16,190 nt of DNA from Ginkgo biloba (lineage: Eukaryota; Plantae; Ginkgophyta): contig JANKJI020000002.1 of assembly GCA_024626585.2 (NCBI GenBank), forward strand, positions 211,226,063 to 211,242,252, in the 5' to 3' direction. Both the position numbers and the translations under genes were made by a program. The notes beneath the pieces were generated by a model. The model had not been told where the DNA came from and ran no database searches. It saw only the letters and a list, made by a program, of their open reading frames with translations. Below are positions 13,024 through 16,190 of the stretch, piece by piece (the first letter of the stretch is position 1; the number at the start of each line of letters is the position of its first letter).

Positions 13024-13719
13024 GGCGGTTGGGAGCTAGGGTAGTTTCCAATCAGCCTAACCCACTAATGGAAGGAACTTGAATGCTCGTTTTTTCTCTT
13101 TATGGAAGGCCAAGGTCTAGCTTGGCAACTTTTGGCTTTCTTTAGAGAAAATTCAAATTACATTGTTGCTGCTTTTTGGATTAGAAGATACCTCATAAGA
13201 GTGAACTTTGGCTTGAAAGAGACGGACAAAGTACTCCCTAGCAAGACATGTCACTTTGGCACAAATATTTTGCCCAGTTTTAGTCTCTGAGACCCCAAGG
13301 AACCTTAGAAGGGTGACACATACATCTCTAGAGTGGAGTGCCCTCGTATAGAAGTCATTTTGACACTAGCCTGTGGATGGTTTTGGAAGCACTGCAGTTG
13401 CAAAACTATTTGGAGAAGAATCTAGTCAATTGCATGTGGAGGATGTCTCATTGTTTCAGGGTTTCACCATTTATGTCAACCCCTAAACTGTGAGTACTTA
13501 TGAAAGCGTCACTGCTAGAGCATTCTTTTGGCTATAATGCATTATTTCAGATCTGTTTTGCCATAATAAATGCATGAAAAGAATGCTTATGATAGGGCCT
13601 TTCTATCTAGATTTATTCCAAGGGGTTTCTATTGGATTATGACGAATTATGGCTGGATTGCAAGCTGTTAGACTTAGTAACATTGTCCTAATGCATGCTT
13701 GTTGATTTTTGCCCTATCA
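13024..13719 (+). repeat. Diverged direct repeat, copy B (LTR-like, ends ...CCCTATCA)
   Basis: Homologous to 10907-11564; two 60-bp stretches counted by hand gave 51/60 and 47/60 identity, and it is lower elsewhere. It ends in TATCA (13715-13719), the usual 3' LTR terminus of CRM-type elements. The left end lies near the gap at 12863-12962. Confidence 0.85.
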
Positions 13720-14770
13720 TCTGGCAAACCCTAGGTCTTAACTGTAGGGTGGCATAAGGAGTAGTGGATGTCCTTCATGGAAAATTATGCCTGGTTATTT
13801 GTAAGCTTGTATGAGCTATTATTTGTAAGCAAGCAAAAAGGGTTGAAAAGATACCTAGTACTATGTATGGCTATTGAGTGGAAAGGATACACACTGAACT
13901 GTTAGTCATACAGGTTGAAGGAAACCCATCTTTAATTGGTGGCTGGTTGAAAGAATACCCATGGAATTCTTAGCCACAAGTATCATAAATTAATATGAAT
14001 GAGTTGAATGGATACCACAACTAAAGTACCGGAGTTAATATAAATAAATGTTGCTAGCCAAGGCCTAAGCCTTCTTAGGACTCTAGGTGCAAAAGATGGA
14101 TTGATATGGTATCTAAGGCCTTGCACCATGGTTGATGTTGGATGAAGGGATTGAGTCTAACAGAGCAGTCATAATTACAAGGTGCTGATGGTTGCATGGG
14201 GATGCAACCAGAGGTTTGGTTGCAAACACACTAAGCTTTTACGGTCATCCCCATGGCCGATAATGGCTGTTGTACCCTTGTGCCACTTTTCCCTAGACTA
14301 GCAGTCCTATTTATATACCTCTTTTGTATATGTGTGATCGTGATATAAACCCTCTTGCTTTAACATGTGCTGTTGAGCATGATTGTCTTGCAGGTACAGG
14401 TTGTGGAGATGTTACCAATCTATTTAACCATCATTTGTCGATTGTGGACATTAACTAATTTCAACTTTTAATTCTATATTTGATGTCATACATCCTCTTT
14501 GCTCAGACTTGTATGTGCTTCTCTCTCACAGAAAATACTGGAAACTGCCCTTTCTAGAAACATAAAGGAACAAAGAGTGGAATTACTATGCTTTTTCTAT
14601 TTTCTTTTATAGAACTTTTGTACCATAGCAAGAATAAATGTCCACTGTTGCAGATATGCTCGCCTTGATATAATGTAACTGCAAAATGTGAAATATTGTA
14701 ACTGCGAAATGCATCTTGGATCTCAAGTTAAATTAGTCCTTATACAACTGTTTTAATCTTATCAATTACA

Positions 14771-14795
14771 CTAACAGACTTTTTGTTTGGTGCAG
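14771..14795 (+). promoter_or_regulatory. 3' splice acceptor with branch point for the TERT exon
   Basis: CTAAC branch-point match at 14771-14775, T-rich tract (TTTTTGTTTGG) and TGCAG ending at 14795, followed directly by the open TERT frame in phase 0. Confidence 0.8.
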
Positions 14796-16190
14796 ATGAC
14801 AGATTTACTTCAATCTGAGGATTTTTATCAAACACAGGACAAAGAAACATTGCCTAATCTCCATAAGACTGCTGGAAAAAATAATATGTCTGTACTTGTT
14901 GATTCTACTTCTAATGTTCATGCTATACCAAGAAATCTTTGNNNNNNNNNNNNNNNNNNNNNNNNNNNNNNNNNNNNNNNNNNNNNNNNNNNNNNNNNNN
15001 NNNNNNNNNNNNNNNNNNNNNNNNNNNNNNNNNNNNNNNNNNNNNNNNNNNNNNNNNNNNNNNNNNNNNNNNNNNNNNNNNNNNNNNNNNNNNNNNNNNN
15101 NNNNNNNNNNNNNNNNNNNNNNNNNNNNNNNNNNNNNNNNNNNNNNNNNNNNNNNNNNNNNNNNNNNNNNNNNNNNNNAAGAGATCCACAAAACGAGCTC
15201 ATTAAATCATGTACCAGCCATAAAGATGTTGTATCCTTTATTTGGGCTGTTTGTAGAAGGATTATTCCTGAAACATTACTTGGATCAAAATCTAACTGGA
15301 GGGCATTAAGAAGCAATATTGCCAAGTTTGTGAACTTGAGGAGACATGAAAAGTTTTCTCTTCAGCAGTGTTTGTATAAGCTTAAAACATCCCATTTTCC
15401 TTGGTTGAATGGAATTACTTTGGTTTGTGAACATTTTGCTCATCTCAGTAGCTTGAATGATGAATGGAAGGGACACAAGTGTCTTTATGATCGACTGGAA
15501 AAGAGGAAAGGATGGACATGTCATGATAGCATAGATGAAAACAAAGTGGGAAATCATTCATGGAAAATGCTTTTGCAACAAAAGATGTTGGCAAACTGGA
15601 CATTCTGGCTTTTCTCAAGTCTGATAGTACCACTGATTCGAGCTCACTTTTATGTTACCGAAAGTGAGAATGGCAGGCAAAATGTCTTTTACTATCGGAA
15701 ATATGTTTGGACTAAAATACTAAATGGGGCAGTAAAAAAACTTTGTAGAAGCAATTACAAGCGGCTAAGTGCTGGATCATTGGCGAGAATATTACAGAAG
15801 AGATCCATAGGATTTTCACAGATCAGATTTCTTCCAAAGGAAACTGGTTTAAGGCCTATTGCGAATCTTGGTGCACCATCTGCAACATGGCTGCCACTTC
15901 AAAAGAACCTAGGAAAAACGTCTAAAGGTAGAAAGGGGAAAAAATTGGCAAGCAATTTGCTGATTTTGGACGGAAATAGCATGAGAAAGAACTTCAAACA
16001 AAAGTGTTCCTTTGACAACAACCCTCCAACTTCCTCACATAATGTACTGAGCAAGCATAGTTGGGAGGCAAGGAAAGGGGATAAGGCTGCAGCATTAGGG
16101 TATCATCCATATTCTGATAAAGCAAGGAAAGGAATAAGAAATTTGTGTGGATCAGATTCTCAAGTCAGACTATCTTTTAGACCTGTAAAT
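14796..16190 (+). CDS. TERT: Telomerase reverse transcriptase, large internal exon (TRBD C-terminal half + RT motifs 1/2); partial, runs off window end; 237-N gap at 14942-15178
   Basis: Manual translation, no stops. 14796-14941 gives MTDLLQSEDFYQTQDKETLPNLHKTAGKNNMSVLVDSTSNVHAIPRNL. After the gap, in the same frame, 15180-16190 gives RDPQNELIKSCTSHKDVVSFIWAVCRRIIPETLLGSKSNWRALRSNIAKFVNLRRHEKFSLQQCLYKLKTSHFPWL (QFP region) ... QKMLANWTFWLFSSLIVPLIRAHFYVTESENGRQNVFYYRKYVW (telomerase-specific T-motif, 15648-15710) ... GFSQIRFLPKETGLRPIANL (RT motifs 1 and 2, 15822-15869) ... LSFRPVN (likely start of motif 3). The VVSFIWAxCR and FYxTE-x-YYRK-x-W signatures are those of plant TERTs. Confidence 0.96.
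   Translation, partial: MTDLLQSEDFYQTQDKETLPNLHKTAGKNNMSVLVDSTSNVHAIPRNLXXXXXXXXXXXXXXXXXXXXXXXXXXXXXXXXXXXXXXXXXXXXXXXXXXXXXXXXXXXXXXXXXXXXXXXXXXXXXXXXRDPQNELIKSCTSHKDVVSFIWAVCRRIIPETLLGSKSNWRALRSNIAKFVNLRRHEKFSLQQCLYKLKTSHFPWLNGITLVCEHFAHLSSLNDEWKGHKCLYDRLEKRKGWTCHDSIDENKVGNHSWKMLLQQKMLANWTFWLFSSLIVPLIRAHFYVTESENGRQNVFYYRKYVWTKILNGAVKKLCRSNYKRLSAGSLARILQKRSIGFSQIRFLPKETGLRPIANLGAPSATWLPLQKNLGKTSKGRKGKKLASNLLILDGNSMRKNFKQKCSFDNNPPTSSHNVLSKHSWEARKGDKAAALGYHPYSDKARKGIRNLCGSDSQVRLSFRPVN

Larger units (their letters stand above)
10907..13719 (+). mobile_element. Old LTR-retrotransposon relic: LTR - gag - (no visible pol) - LTR
   Basis: Two same-orientation homologous repeats flank a same-strand decayed gag. 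No protease/RT/RNase H/integrase motif is visible between 12180 and 12862. A 100-N gap of unknown true size lies inside. Confidence 0.6.
1..14795 (+). other. Probable very large TERT intron (equivalent of Arabidopsis intron 8), TE-filled; 5' donor not in the sequenced part of the window
   Basis: The TERT exon starts at an acceptor and lacks the TEN and CP regions. No upstream TERT exon (e.g. the CP-motif LLxKHC exon) was recognised in the sequenced bases. The region is dominated by decayed retroelement pieces. A small exon could be hidden in an N gap. Confidence 0.65.

Noticed and set aside
10900-13290. Similar small ORFs 10900..11121 and 13102..13290 as a paralogous gene pair
   Set aside because: They are similar only because both lie in the LTR-like direct repeats. 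The frames are not conserved between copies and there are no protein motifs.
11373-13733. Isolated AAACCCTA telo-boxes (11373-11380, 13726-13733)
   Set aside because: These are single copies inside or next to TE-derived sequence, where the motif is common, so no link to telomerase regulation can be claimed.
14107-14120. TGGTATCTAAGGCC as a tRNA-Met primer-binding site
   Set aside because: Only the first 7 nt match TGGTATCAGAGC, and no LTR end (CA) immediately precedes it.
14674-14711. 15-bp near-perfect direct repeat TGTAACTGC(A/G)AAATG
   Set aside because: A simple local duplication with only two copies. It is not CRISPR-like and has no evident function.
1-14795. Telomerase RNA gene or telomeric array linked to TERT
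   Set aside because: There is no tandem TTTAGGG array. I found no RTCCCACATCG USE plus TATA type-3 Pol III promoter with a CTAAACCCT-type template; ACCCACATC near 6190 lacks a TATA, and CTAAACCT near 12855 is imperfect and cut by a gap. The gaps could not be inspected.
14805-15633. ORF-track entries overlapping the TERT exon (14896..15309 +, 14939..15205 +, and the minus-strand ORFs)
   Set aside because: They are off-frame or antisense shadows of the TERT frame.

Overview
AT-rich, CpG-depleted eukaryotic (land-plant) genomic DNA from a gappy draft assembly (nine N-runs). The one clearly functional feature, missed by the ORF track because it runs off the window end, is a large + strand coding exon of telomerase reverse transcriptase (TERT) at 14796->16190. 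It has a branch point and TGCAG acceptor, then the QFP region, the T-motif (FYVTE...FYYRKYVW) and RT motifs 1-2 (IRFLPK, LRPIANL), with no stops in the sequenced part. It corresponds to the big central exon (exon 9 in Arabidopsis) and carries unusually long inter-motif linkers. The preceding ~14.8 kb has no recognisable TERT exon and looks like one very large intron packed with old retroelement debris. This includes a Ty3/gypsy protease/pre-RT fragment, probable LINE and Copia fragments, LTR-like blocks, and a decayed gag lying between two diverged ~660-bp direct repeats. The architecture suggests a large-genome plant such as a gymnosperm (inference). I see no convincing new multi-gene system. 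The best leads are the TERT insertions, candidate cryptic splice sites in this intron, and the gag-only LTR-type element.
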